Position numbers and translations under genes: made by a program. Below, piece by piece: positions 8,718-20,456 of a stretch of 64,000 bases of DNA. The notes beneath the pieces are model-generated. The model was not told the DNA's origin. It searched no databases and saw only the letters and a list, made by a program, of their open reading frames with translations. Positions within the stretch are counted from its first letter, which is position 1; every line of letters begins with the position of its first letter. The stretch is from Acidimicrobiia bacterium (lineage in GTDB: Bacteria; Acidobacteriota; Vicinamibacteria; Vicinamibacterales; UBA2999): positions 851-64,850 of the forward strand of contig VFZH01000002.1 of the NCBI GenBank assembly GCA_016871255.1, in the 5' to 3' direction.

Positions 8718-9373
8718 AGCGGATCGGCGTCATCGGCGGGACGTTCGACCCGATCCACGTGGGTCACCTCGACGCCGCGGCCGCCGCCCGTCACGCGCTG
8801 GTGCTGGACCAGGTGATCGTCATGCCGTCGTTCGTGCCGCCGCATCGGGGGCAGGAACCGCGGGCGTCCCCGTTCCACCGCTTCGCCCTGGCCGCCCTGG
8901 CCGTCGAGCCGCTCGACGGCTACCGGGTCTCGGACGCCGAACTGCGCCGGGCCGGGCCCTCCTACACGGCCGACACGATGCGCGAACTCCACGCGTCGGG
9001 GTTGCGGCCGGCGGAGATTTTCTTCATCCTTGGAGGCGATGCCTTCCTGGACATCGCAGCCTGGCACGCGTACCCGAGTGTGCTGGAGGCCTGCCACTTC
9101 GTGGTGATCGCGCGCGGAGAGTCCACGATTGACGCGCGGCTGACCGGGCGGCCGGAGCTGGCCGCGCGGGTCAGGCCGCTCGACACGCGGTCCGACGCCC
9201 AACCGGCGATCTTCCTCGTGCCCGCGCAGACACGCGCCGTCTCGTCCACCGACATCCGGGACCGTCTCGCGGCAGGGCACTCGATCGATGGACTCGTGCC
9301 GCCGAACGTGGCGCGGCACATCCATCAGCACGGACTCTACGGCTCGACGGCCGAGGTGCATGGCCGGCTCTGA
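8714..9373 (+). CDS. nadD: nicotinate-nucleotide adenylyltransferase
   Basis: The GTG at 8714 overlaps the obg stop (GTGA). The sequence reads VKRIGVIGGTFDPIHVGHL (HxGH motif). This is the C-terminal 219 codons of the artefactual track ORF 7214..9373. Confidence 0.88.
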   Translation: MKRIGVIGGTFDPIHVGHLDAAAAARHALVLDQVIVMPSFVPPHRGQEPRASPFHRFALAALAVEPLDGYRVSDAELRRAGPSYTADTMRELHASGLRPAEIFFILGGDAFLDIAAWHAYPSVLEACHFVVIARGESTIDARLTGRPELAARVRPLDTRSDAQPAIFLVPAQTRAVSSTDIRDRLAAGHSIDGLVPPNVARHIHQHGLYGSTAEVHGRL

Positions 9374-9737
9374 TCCGAAGCCCGCACGCGTCGAGCCGCT
9401 CCCGGCGCCGGTGGCTCTGGCGGCCGAAGCCGCTCTCGGCAAGAAGGCCTTCGACGTCGTCGTGCTCGACCTGCGGAACGCGGGCGGCTTCACGGACTAC
9501 TTCGTGCTCTGCACGGGCGGGAGTCCGCGCCAGATCGCCGCGATTGCCGACGCGGTCGAAGACACGCTGCGTGTCGAGCTGGACGAGCGGCCGGGAGTCG
9601 TCGAGGGCCGCAAGTCGACCGACTGGGTCCTGCTCGACTACTTCCACTTCGTGGTGCACGTGTTCAGCCGGGAGCACCGGACGTTCTACGACCTCGAGCG
9701 GCTCTGGGGCACCGCCATCCGGCACGAGCTGTCATGA
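9360..9737 (+). CDS. rsfS: ribosome silencing factor RsfS (iojap family)
   Basis: Internal ATG of ORF 9288..9737. Motifs are FDVVVLDLRNAGGFTDYFVLCTGGSPRQIAAIAD and WVLLDYFHFVVHVFSREHRTFYDLERLW. Confidence 0.9.
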   Translation: MAGSDPKPARVEPLPAPVALAAEAALGKKAFDVVVLDLRNAGGFTDYFVLCTGGSPRQIAAIADAVEDTLRVELDERPGVVEGRKSTDWVLLDYFHFVVHVFSREHRTFYDLERLWGTAIRHELS

Positions 9738-10540
9738 CCGGTTTCGCGGCCTCGCCAGGTTCGCTCCACCCGCGCGCGGCTGCCCTCGGGCGACTGGCGG
9801 TCCAGGCCGCGGACGGGCTGCTGGCCGTGATGCTGGCGCCGCGCTGTGCCGCCTGCGACGCACAACTCGACTCGCCCACGGGCGGCCCGGTCTGTGCGGA
9901 CTGCTGGGCGGCCGTACGCCCGATTCCGGCACCCTGGTGCGATCGTTGCGGCGACCCGCTGACGACGTGGCGCACGATCGGCGACGAGCCTCCGGCGTGT
10001 ACGGCGTGCCGGCATGCTCCGGGAGTCGTGGATCGAAGCCGGGCGGCGGGCGCCTACGACGGCAGGCTTCGCTCCGTCATCCACGCGCTGAAGTACGACG
10101 GGCGCAGCGGGCTCGCGCGCCCGCTGGCCGCGCGGATGCAAGCCGCCGGACAGGACGTCCTGGCAGGCGCCACCTGCGTCGTGCCGGTGCCCCTGCACCC
10201 GTGGCGGCGGCTGCGACGCGGGTTCAACCAGGCCTCCGAGTTGTCGCGGCACCTTGGACTTCCCGTCGTGCACGCCCTCTGGCGGATCCGGGCCACGTCG
10301 CAGCAGACCGGGCTCACGGCCGCCGGCCGCCGGCGGAACGTCCACGGCGCGTTCGTGTTGTCCCCCTGGCTGCGGACGCGTCGGGCGCGGGATCGGTGGA
10401 TCGCAGGACGGCCGGTGGTGCTGGTGGACGACGTGCGCACGACCGGCGCGACGATCGAGGCGTGCGCCCGCGTGCTGAAAGCGGCAGGGGCCGCCGAGGT
10501 CCGGGCGCTGACCGCCGCCCGCGCGACCCCACCAGGCTAG
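9734..10540 (+). CDS. ComF family protein (phosphoribosyltransferase-like)
   Basis: ATGA overlap with rsfS. It has N-terminal Cys pairs (CAACD..CADCW, CDRCG..CTAC) and the PRT motif VVLVDDVRTTGATI. Confidence 0.8.
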   Translation: MTGFAASPGSLHPRAAALGRLAVQAADGLLAVMLAPRCAACDAQLDSPTGGPVCADCWAAVRPIPAPWCDRCGDPLTTWRTIGDEPPACTACRHAPGVVDRSRAAGAYDGRLRSVIHALKYDGRSGLARPLAARMQAAGQDVLAGATCVVPVPLHPWRRLRRGFNQASELSRHLGLPVVHALWRIRATSQQTGLTAAGRRRNVHGAFVLSPWLRTRRARDRWIAGRPVVLVDDVRTTGATIEACARVLKAAGAAEVRALTAARATPPG

Positions 10541-10549
10541 CCGTTTCCC

Positions 10550-11149
10550 TCAGGGGTGATCGGCCGACGGCCACCGGGCGGCCACCGCCTCCGCCACTGC
10601 CTGCGCGATCGCCTCCCGGGCGCCGGTTCCATCGAGCACGAGCCAGCCATCCTGCGCGAGCCGCAGGTAGGTCTCCCGTACACGGCCCAGCATCTCCAGG
10701 TCCCGTTCGTACCGGTCGCGATCGGCGATCTTGCGCGACGCGGCCCGCTCGGGGCTGATGTCGAGCAGCACGGTGAGATCGGGGACCGGCAGGAAGCGCT
10801 GGATGTCGCCGAGCCAGCCGGCCTCGAGCCCCTGCGCTTCCCCGTAGGCCACGCTGGACGCGCTGAACCGATCGCACACCACCGTCAGGCCGCCGGCGAG
10901 CCAGTGCTCGATCTCACCGCGGCGCTCGTAGCGATTCGCCACGTACAGGAGCTGCATGACGTCGGGCGGATACTCGCGTTCCCCCTGGAGCGCCCGGGCG
11001 ATTTCCTCGCCGATGGAGGTGCCGTAGTCGGGAAACGAGAGGAGACGCGCCTTGCGGCCCCCGGCGCGCAGGTGGTCGCGAAGCTGCTCGGCCTGCGTCT
11101 GCTTGCCGCTCTGGTCCATGCCCTCGAACGCGATCAGGAGCCCGCGCAC
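10550..11149 (-). CDS. tmk: thymidylate kinase
   Basis: This is the last 199 codons of track ORF 10550..12370, with a GTG at 11149. It has the P-loop LIAFEGMDQSGKQTQ and the DRF motif VVCDRFSASSVAYG. It overlaps the lysA stop by 16 nt. Confidence 0.85.
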   Translation of the reverse strand: MRGLLIAFEGMDQSGKQTQAEQLRDHLRAGGRKARLLSFPDYGTSIGEEIARALQGEREYPPDVMQLLYVANRYERRGEIEHWLAGGLTVVCDRFSASSVAYGEAQGLEAGWLGDIQRFLPVPDLTVLLDISPERAASRKIADRDRYERDLEMLGRVRETYLRLAQDGWLVLDGTGAREAIAQAVAEAVAARWPSADHP

Positions 11150-12408
11150 CCGGCCTCCTGTGTTTCGAGGGCCAGCACGTCGTCGAGCGTCTGGCGGCGG
11201 CGGATCAGGGTCCACGTCCCGCCGTCGACGAGGACTTCCGGCGGCAGCATGCGGCGATTGTAGTTCGAGCCCATCACCGCACCGTAGGCGCCGGCGTCGA
11301 GCACGGCGACCCGATCGTCCACCCGCAGTTCCGGCAGCACGCGGTCCTGGCCGAACACGTCGCTGCTCTCGCAGATCGGGCCCACGACGTCCCAGGGACC
11401 GACTGCCGCCCCCTCCGCAACAGGGCCGACCGGGACGATCCGGTGGAACGCGCCGTAGAGCGCGGGGCGCATCAGCTCCGTCATGCCCGCGTCCAGCACG
11501 GCGAAGCGCCGTCCGCCCGGGTAGGTCTTGGTGTCCACGACGCGCGCGACGAGCGCGCCCGCCGCAGCGACGATGGCGCGGCCGGGTTCGAGCAGGATCG
11601 GCAGGGGTGTACGGCGCAGCTCGGGCAGCACCGCCGCCGCCCAGGCCGCGGCGTCGAGGACGCGCCGCTCGTCGTAGGCGATGCCCAGCCCGCCACCGAG
11701 ATCGAGGTGCTCCAGCGGCACGCCATCGGCGCGGAGCGCTTCGCCGAGATCGACGAGCGTGCGGGCCGCGCGCGCCAGCGGTCCGGGGCTGGTGATCTGC
11801 GAACCGACGTGGATGTGGACGCCGGTGAAGCGGATGGACCCCACGTCGCGGCGCTCGCGGTAGATCGCGCGCGCCTCCTCGACCGGCACCCCGAACTTGT
11901 TGGACCGCAGCCCGGTCGAGATGTGCGGGTGGCTGCCGGCGTCGATGTCCGGGTTGACGCGGACCGCGACCGAGGCGACGCGGCCAAGCGCCAGCGCCCG
12001 CGCGGCGATCCGATCGACTTCCCCGGCGGACTCGGCGTTGATCGTGCCGATGCCGCGCGCGATCGCGTATGCGAGCTCGTCGGCGGTCTTCCCCACGCCC
12101 GTGAAGACGATGTCGGCGGCGCTGAAGCCCGCGCGCTCGGCGACGCGGATCTCCCCCCCGGAGTTGGCGTCGGCCCCGCTGCCCAGTTCGCGGAGCAGCC
12201 GCACCAGCGCCAGCGTGGAGTTCGCCTTGAGCGCGTAGTGGATCCGATGGGCCCGGCCCTCGAAAGCGGCATCCAGCGCGCGGTACGCGTCGCGCACGGC
12301 TTTCGCGCTGTAGACGTAGCACGGCGTCCCCACCTCGGATGCGAGGTCCGCGACGGACACGCCGTCGCACGCCAGTCCGGCTGCCGTCGAGATGAACGGG
12401 GAAGACAC
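11134..12408 (-). CDS. lysA: diaminopimelate decarboxylase
   Basis: 424 aa. It has the PLP-lysine region HYALKANS, GSGADANSGGE, and a C-terminal CESSD motif (GPICESSDVF). Confidence 0.93.
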   Translation of the reverse strand: MSSPFISTAAGLACDGVSVADLASEVGTPCYVYSAKAVRDAYRALDAAFEGRAHRIHYALKANSTLALVRLLRELGSGADANSGGEIRVAERAGFSAADIVFTGVGKTADELAYAIARGIGTINAESAGEVDRIAARALALGRVASVAVRVNPDIDAGSHPHISTGLRSNKFGVPVEEARAIYRERRDVGSIRFTGVHIHVGSQITSPGPLARAARTLVDLGEALRADGVPLEHLDLGGGLGIAYDERRVLDAAAWAAAVLPELRRTPLPILLEPGRAIVAAAGALVARVVDTKTYPGGRRFAVLDAGMTELMRPALYGAFHRIVPVGPVAEGAAVGPWDVVGPICESSDVFGQDRVLPELRVDDRVAVLDAGAYGAVMGSNYNRRMLPPEVLVDGGTWTLIRRRQTLDDVLALETQEAGCAGS

Positions 12409-12482
12409 GGTTGGAAGGGGGTCGGAGCGAATGTTATCATGCGCGCATTTCCGCCCCGTCCGCGTTCGCAGCCCCGCACGCC

Positions 12483-13121
12483 ATGTCCGCCGACGCCACG
12501 GATCAGGCGCAGCCGATCGACGAGCTCATCGAGCGCTGTCTCGGCGGAGACGACGCCGCGTGGGACGTCATCGTCCGCCAGCACCGCCGCCGCGTGTTCA
12601 ACATCGCCTACAAGTTCTCCGGCGCGTTCGACGAAGCCGAGGACCTGACGCAGGACATCTTCGTACGGGTGTTCCGCTCGCTCGGGACCTTCGACCGCCG
12701 CGCCAACTTCCAGACGTGGCTGTACAGCGTGAGCCGGAACCTCTGCATCGACCACTACCGGTCGGTCCGCAAGGAGCGCCTCACGTTCAACCGTGACGTC
12801 GATGCCGCCGACCTCGCCCCGGTGTCCACCGACGCGGGCCCGCACGCGGCCATCGAGCACCGCGACCGCGTGGCGCTGCTGCGCACGGCACTGGGCGGAC
12901 TCACTCCGGCCCTGCGCGGCGTGATCGTCATGCGCGACCTGCAGGAGCTGTCGTACCAGGAGATCGCGGACGCCCTCGGGCTGCCGGAGGGGACGGTGAA
13001 ATCGCGGATCAACCGCGGCCGCGCAGAGCTGGCCAGGCAGATTCATCGGCTGCGCGACGCCCAGGAGGAACGGGTGGCCCGCCGAGCCGACGGAAGACCC
13101 ACTCCAGGAGAGGAACGATGA
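12483..13121 (+). CDS. ECF-type RNA polymerase sigma factor
   Basis: Internal ATG of ORF 12411..13121. Region 2 reads RRVFNIAYKFSGAFDEAEDLTQDIFVRVF and region 4 reads LQELSYQEIADALGLPEGTVKSRINRGRAEL. Confidence 0.85.
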   Translation: MSADATDQAQPIDELIERCLGGDDAAWDVIVRQHRRRVFNIAYKFSGAFDEAEDLTQDIFVRVFRSLGTFDRRANFQTWLYSVSRNLCIDHYRSVRKERLTFNRDVDAADLAPVSTDAGPHAAIEHRDRVALLRTALGGLTPALRGVIVMRDLQELSYQEIADALGLPEGTVKSRINRGRAELARQIHRLRDAQEERVARRADGRPTPGEER

Positions 13122-13459
13122 ACGTGACCACCGATCGCACAGGCGGCGTCGCCATCGTCCGCATCGGGGAGCCGCGCCTGATGTACCCGCTCCTGTCGGA
13201 GCTGGCAGGAACCGTCGGCGGCCTCATCGGCGAGGGCGAGACCCGTCTGGTGCTGGACCTCTCACCCGTGACCTACGTGGACAGCGCCACGATCGGCTGC
13301 CTGATGGACCTGTACCGCCAGACGACCGCGGCGGGCGGCGTCCTGAAGCTGGCGGGGGTGCAGCCCCGCGTCGAAACCATGCTGACGATGACCGGCGCGC
13401 AGCACTTCCTGCAGATCCATCCCGATGAAGCCTCGGCGCTCCGGAGCTTCGGAGTGTGA
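13118..13459 (+). CDS. STAS-domain anti-sigma-factor antagonist
   Basis: ATGA overlap with the sigma gene. 113 aa, with LVLDLSPVTYVDSATIGCLMDLY. The Ser in VDSAT is at the SpoIIAA phospho-Ser position. Confidence 0.8.
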   Translation: MNVTTDRTGGVAIVRIGEPRLMYPLLSELAGTVGGLIGEGETRLVLDLSPVTYVDSATIGCLMDLYRQTTAAGGVLKLAGVQPRVETMLTMTGAQHFLQIHPDEASALRSFGV

Positions 13460-13746
13460 CCCCCATGCGCACCATCACCACCTCGACCGGCGTCTCGATC
13501 GATCTCGACGGCGACCTGCTGGCCATCGTCGAAGCGCTGTACCGCGAGGTCACCGCGCGGAGGGAGCTGGAGCGATCGTTCGAAGACCTGCTCCAGGAGA
13601 TCACCCACCTGATCGGGCAGATGAGTGACGAGGAGCGGCGCACGTACCTGGCGGAGAGCCTGTTCCTCAACACGGTGAAGTACGAAAACGACAGGCTGGA
13701 AGCCTACATCCGGAGGCTGACGGAGGGAGCGCGGGGACGGGAGTAA
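13456..13746 (+). CDS. hypothetical 96-aa helical, acidic protein
   Basis: GTGA overlap with the STAS stop (an ATG alternative is at 13465). Composition is non-repetitive and not Arg/Pro-biased, unlike the antisense artefacts. I recognise no family. Confidence 0.5.
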   Translation: MTPMRTITTSTGVSIDLDGDLLAIVEALYREVTARRELERSFEDLLQEITHLIGQMSDEERRTYLAESLFLNTVKYENDRLEAYIRRLTEGARGRE

Positions 13747-13784
13747 ACGCCCGGCGGCGGGACGTCCCGTCACCGGCGGGGGCC

Positions 13785-13840
13785 CGCTTCCGCCTGCGCT
13801 GAAGCTTCGGCGGACCGCCGTAGCCTTGGCGCAGGCGAGT
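13785..13840. repeat. REP-like intergenic hairpin element, copy A
   Basis: CCGCCTGCGC (13790-13799) pairs with GCGCAGGCG (13829-13837) around the core TGAAGCTTCGGCGGACCGCCGTAGCCTTG. It lies between convergent genes and is about 80% identical by eye to copy B. Confidence 0.6.
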
Positions 13841-13858
13841 GTCAACCCACGTGAGTTG

Positions 13859-14773
13859 TCAGTGGGCGAGGCTTTCGCCGTTGACCGGCACGGCCACCGG
13901 GGCGTCCACCGAGGCTGGATCGACGGGCGACTCGACGAACTCCCAGGCGTCGGTCTCCTGCAGCACGCGCGCCGCGAGCGCCGCGTGCAGGGCATGACCG
14001 CCGCGGTGGGCCACGACGTGTCCCACGATCCCGTGGCCGACCAGCGCCAGGTCACCGATGACGTCCAGGATCTTGTGGCGGACGAACTCGTCCTCGAAGC
14101 GCAGCGCGTTGTTCAGGACACCGGTGTCGCCGATCACCACGGCGTTCTCCAGCGACCCGCCGAGCGCGAGGCCGCGCTGGCGGAGCATCTCGACCTCCTT
14201 GAGGAAGCCGAAGGTCCGCGCCGGCGCGATCTCCTCGACGAACGATTCCTCGCTGATCCGGATCGTCCGCTCCTGGTGCCGCAGGAGCGGGTGGTCGAAG
14301 GCGATGGTGTAGGTGACCTTGAAGTGCTCCGACGGGTAGAGCGCGATGCGCTTGTCGCCGCTGCTGATGACGATCGGCTGGAGCACCTTCACGTACTTCC
14401 GCGGCGCCGCCAGCGCCTTCACCCCCGCCTCCTGAATCAGGTAGATGAACGGCGCAGCGCTGCCGTCCATGATCGGGACCTCCGGCGTGTTCAGTTCGAC
14501 GATCACGTTGTCCACACCCAGGCTGACCAGGGCGGCCAGCAGGTGCTCCACCGTCTCCACCGTGCCCGTGTCGCGCGCCAGCCCCGTGGCGTACGCGCTG
14601 CCACCCAGGTGCTGGACCGTCGCCGGAATCTCGACGCCGCCGAGATCGGTGCGGCGGAAACGGATGCCGAAGTCGGCCGGAGCCGGCTTGAGCGAAAGCT
14701 TGACCTTGTTGCCGGAGTGAAGACCGATGCCGGCACAGGCAACCGGCCGGCGAAGTGTCCGCTGTGTGTTCAT
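13859..14773 (-). CDS. lpxC: UDP-3-O-acyl-N-acetylglucosamine deacetylase
   Basis: 304 aa. Motifs are GIGLHSGNKV, TVEHLLAAL, IMDGSAAPF and HKILDVIGDLAL. Confidence 0.93.
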   Translation of the reverse strand: MNTQRTLRRPVACAGIGLHSGNKVKLSLKPAPADFGIRFRRTDLGGVEIPATVQHLGGSAYATGLARDTGTVETVEHLLAALVSLGVDNVIVELNTPEVPIMDGSAAPFIYLIQEAGVKALAAPRKYVKVLQPIVISSGDKRIALYPSEHFKVTYTIAFDHPLLRHQERTIRISEESFVEEIAPARTFGFLKEVEMLRQRGLALGGSLENAVVIGDTGVLNNALRFEDEFVRHKILDVIGDLALVGHGIVGHVVAHRGGHALHAALAARVLQETDAWEFVESPVDPASVDAPVAVPVNGESLAH

Positions 14774-14982
14774 TCAGCCTCTGCCCGCATTCGGATCCGC
14801 GCTGCAACAAGCAAGGAGGATACCGCGACGGATCGGAACCAGATCAGAGGCGTAAATAACTGCAGTCAGGACACTTGTGTTGATCGACCGATGGCGAGGA
14901 TCGCTGGGGTGTGGCAGGAGAGCCACAGTCATCCGGCGGAACACTGTGGCGATCCTACCACAAACGGATATCCGAGAAGGGG

Positions 14983-17892
<2,910 letters not shown>

Positions 17893-17970
17893 AGACGGCG
17901 TCTCGCCGGCAGGTCGAAACGGTCATTGTACCAGCGGTACCGGGCCTGCTGAAACCGGCCCCCGCGGCTG

Positions 17971-19449
17971 TCACGGCCGCCGCAGGCGGGAGTGGCGGGC
18001 GCCGTAGCAGGCGTAGATCGCGACCCCGATGGCGAGCCAGAGACCGAAGCGCTCCCACGCCTGCCGGGGCAGCCCCGTCATGATGAAGACACAGGCGCCC
18101 GCACCGGCCAGGGCCACGGGCCAGACGAACGGCACGCGGAACGGACGCGGCCGATCGGGCTCGATGACGCGCAGCACGAGCACCCCGATGCAGACGACGG
18201 CGAACGCGAAGAGCGTCCCGATGTTCGTCAGGTCATACGTCTCCGCGGCGTCGCCCACGAGCGAAGCCACGGCCACGAGCACGCCGGTCACGAGCGTCGT
18301 CGCATAGGGGATGCGGCGGGTCGGGTGTACACGGGCCGCCCACGCCGGCAGCAGACCGTCCCGCGCCATGGCGAAGAAGATCCGCGGCTGCCCGTACTGG
18401 AACACCAGCAGCACGGCGGTCATCGAGACGGCGGCCCCCAGGGCGACGATCAGGCCGACCGCCCGGAACCCGGCCGCCTGCAGCGCGTGCGCGAGCGGAT
18501 CGGCCACCCCGAGTTCGGTGTAGTCGATCATGCCGGTGAGCACGAACCCCACCAGCATGTAGATCAGCGTGCAGACGGCCAGGCCGCCCAGGATGCCGAT
18601 CGGCAGGTTGCGATTGGGATCCCTGGTCTCTTCCGCGGCCGTCGAAATCGCGTCGAACCCGATGTAGGCGAAGAACACGATGGCCGCACCCTGGTGGATG
18701 CCGGTGAACCCGTTCGGCGCGAACGGTGTGTAGCGGCCGGGGTCGAGGTGCGTCGCACCGACCCCGATGAACAGCGCCAGCGCCGCGAGCTTGATGACGA
18801 CCATGATGTTGTTGGCGCGGGCGCTCTCGCGCGCGCCCAGCAGCAGCACCCAGGTCACGGCCATCACGATGCCGAACGCCGGCAGGTTCACCAGCACGGG
18901 CACGCCGGCGAAGCGTGGTGCCGACTCGAGCAGGCCGTGGACCGCAGGGTCGGCGCTGAGCAGCGCCGTGCGATACCCGGTCGACAGCCAGGGCGGGAGC
19001 GCGAGACCCACGCCGTCGAGCAGCGTGGCGAAGTAGTCGCCCCACGAGATCGCCACGGCCACGTTGCCCACGGCGTACTCGAGGATGAGATCCCAGCCGA
19101 TGATCCACGCGACGAGCTCGCCCAGCGTCGCGTAGGCGTACGCATAGGCGCTCCCGGCCTGCGGGATCATCGAGGCCAGCTCGGCGTAGCAGAGGGCGGC
19201 GAGCGCACAGGCGCCACCGAGCAGCAGGAACGACAGCACGAGCGCCGGGCCGGCCCCGAGCCGGATGACCCCGCCGCCGGGCCCGACCTGTCCGGCCGCC
19301 GCCGTCCCGATCGCTCCGAAAATGCCGGCACCGATCACGGCCCCGATGGCCAGCATCACCAGGTCGCCCGCCCCGAGCACCCTCTGGAGCGAATGCGCGT
19401 CGGCGGGCAGGAGATCGGCGATCGCCTTGCGGCGGAAGAGGGACGTCAT
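17971..19449 (-). CDS. APC-family amino acid permease
   Basis: Internal ATG (MTSLFRRKAIADLL) of ORF 17971..19695. It is polytopic and hydrophobic throughout, with AIGAVIGAGIFGAIG near the N-terminus. Confidence 0.85.
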   Translation of the reverse strand: MTSLFRRKAIADLLPADAHSLQRVLGAGDLVMLAIGAVIGAGIFGAIGTAAAGQVGPGGGVIRLGAGPALVLSFLLLGGACALAALCYAELASMIPQAGSAYAYAYATLGELVAWIIGWDLILEYAVGNVAVAISWGDYFATLLDGVGLALPPWLSTGYRTALLSADPAVHGLLESAPRFAGVPVLVNLPAFGIVMAVTWVLLLGARESARANNIMVVIKLAALALFIGVGATHLDPGRYTPFAPNGFTGIHQGAAIVFFAYIGFDAISTAAEETRDPNRNLPIGILGGLAVCTLIYMLVGFVLTGMIDYTELGVADPLAHALQAAGFRAVGLIVALGAAVSMTAVLLVFQYGQPRIFFAMARDGLLPAWAARVHPTRRIPYATTLVTGVLVAVASLVGDAAETYDLTNIGTLFAFAVVCIGVLVLRVIEPDRPRPFRVPFVWPVALAGAGACVFIMTGLPRQAWERFGLWLAIGVAIYACYGARHSRLRRP

Positions 19450-19462
19450 CCGACGGCGGCGG

Positions 19463-20440
19463 TCAACCGAAACGGTAGACGGTTTCGTTCGCCGCGACGA
19501 CCAGCTCGCCGCCAGGCCCGAACGCCAGCCCGACGAGTGCGGCCGCGCCGACGACCAGCTCCGGCGGACCCCCCGGCACCACGCGGTAGACCCCGCTCGC
19601 GCCCGCCAGCGCTTCGACGACGTGGAGCACGCCGTCCCCGTCGAACGCCAGCCCCTGCGGGCGGCCGAAGGTGACCGGCAGCGTGGACACCTCACCCGCC
19701 GCGTCGATTCGGTAGATGTGGTCCCGGGGCGACAGCGTCGGCGCCGCCACGTGCAGCTCGCCGACGGGACTCATCGCGAGGTGAAAACAGGCCACGCTCG
19801 CCGGCAGGGTCGCGAACCGTTCCGCGCGCCCATCGCGCAGACGGAAGATCGTGCCCGTGCGATCGCCCACGTACAGCCGCCCCTCGGCGTCGAACGCCAG
19901 GCCGCAGGCCACGCCCAGCTCGCCGGCGACCATCTCGCGCGTGCCGTCGGGGCGAATACGGTACACCATGCCCTCGAAGCGGCTCGACACGTACAGCGCG
20001 CCGTCGGGCCCGAGCGTCATCGACGTCGCGTTGACGATGTCCGACACGAACGGCTCGCGCGTGCCCTGCCGGGTCACGCGGAAGATCGAGACGGGCGTTT
20101 CCTGGCCCCGGGCGCCGCTGTAGGTGACGTAGAGACCGCCGGAGCGGTCGCAGACGGGGTTGTCGACCTGGTGCAGACCGGTCGCCCACGGCCGGCCCAC
20201 CGAGAGCGAGGCCCGGCCCGTGTCCGCACCACCGACCACGAGCGGCATCTCGCCGCCGTCGAGTTCGTCCGGCACGACCACGACCAGCCGGCGCGCGGAC
20301 AGGGCGGCCACACGCGCCGGCGTTCCGCCAACGGTGACGTGGCCGAGCGTGTCCTCCGGGTCGAAGGCGCCGGTGAGCACGACACGGCCCCCTTCGACGG
20401 CCTTCGCCGGCACGATGGAGTCGATGCGGGGCACCCTCAC
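19463..20440 (-). CDS. IPT/TIG domain + six-bladed NHL/SMP-30-like beta-propeller protein, no signal peptide
   Basis: It starts at GTG 20440 (or 20434), 17 nt after the HNH stop. The N-terminus reads VPRIDSIVPAKAVEGGRVVLTGAF..VTVGG (IPT-like). Repeated blades follow (GLYVTYS, ALYVSSR, RLYVGDR, ELHVAAP, VLHVVE). Confidence 0.6.
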   Translation of the reverse strand: MRVPRIDSIVPAKAVEGGRVVLTGAFDPEDTLGHVTVGGTPARVAALSARRLVVVVPDELDGGEMPLVVGGADTGRASLSVGRPWATGLHQVDNPVCDRSGGLYVTYSGARGQETPVSIFRVTRQGTREPFVSDIVNATSMTLGPDGALYVSSRFEGMVYRIRPDGTREMVAGELGVACGLAFDAEGRLYVGDRTGTIFRLRDGRAERFATLPASVACFHLAMSPVGELHVAAPTLSPRDHIYRIDAAGEVSTLPVTFGRPQGLAFDGDGVLHVVEALAGASGVYRVVPGGPPELVVGAAALVGLAFGPGGELVVAANETVYRFG

Positions 20441-20456
20441 CGGCGAGTCACCGGCC

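Noticed and set aside
7214-9373. 719-aa ORF spanning rpmA, obg and nadD.
   Set aside because: Only the last 219 codons (from GTG 8714) look like a real protein (NadD, GGTFDPIHVGHL). The upstream part is an Arg/Pro-rich alternative frame of rpmA and obg. The same logic was applied to 10550..12370 (only tmk is real), 33765..37238, 59851..62556, 43771..46149 and 17971..19695 (N-terminal extensions trimmed).
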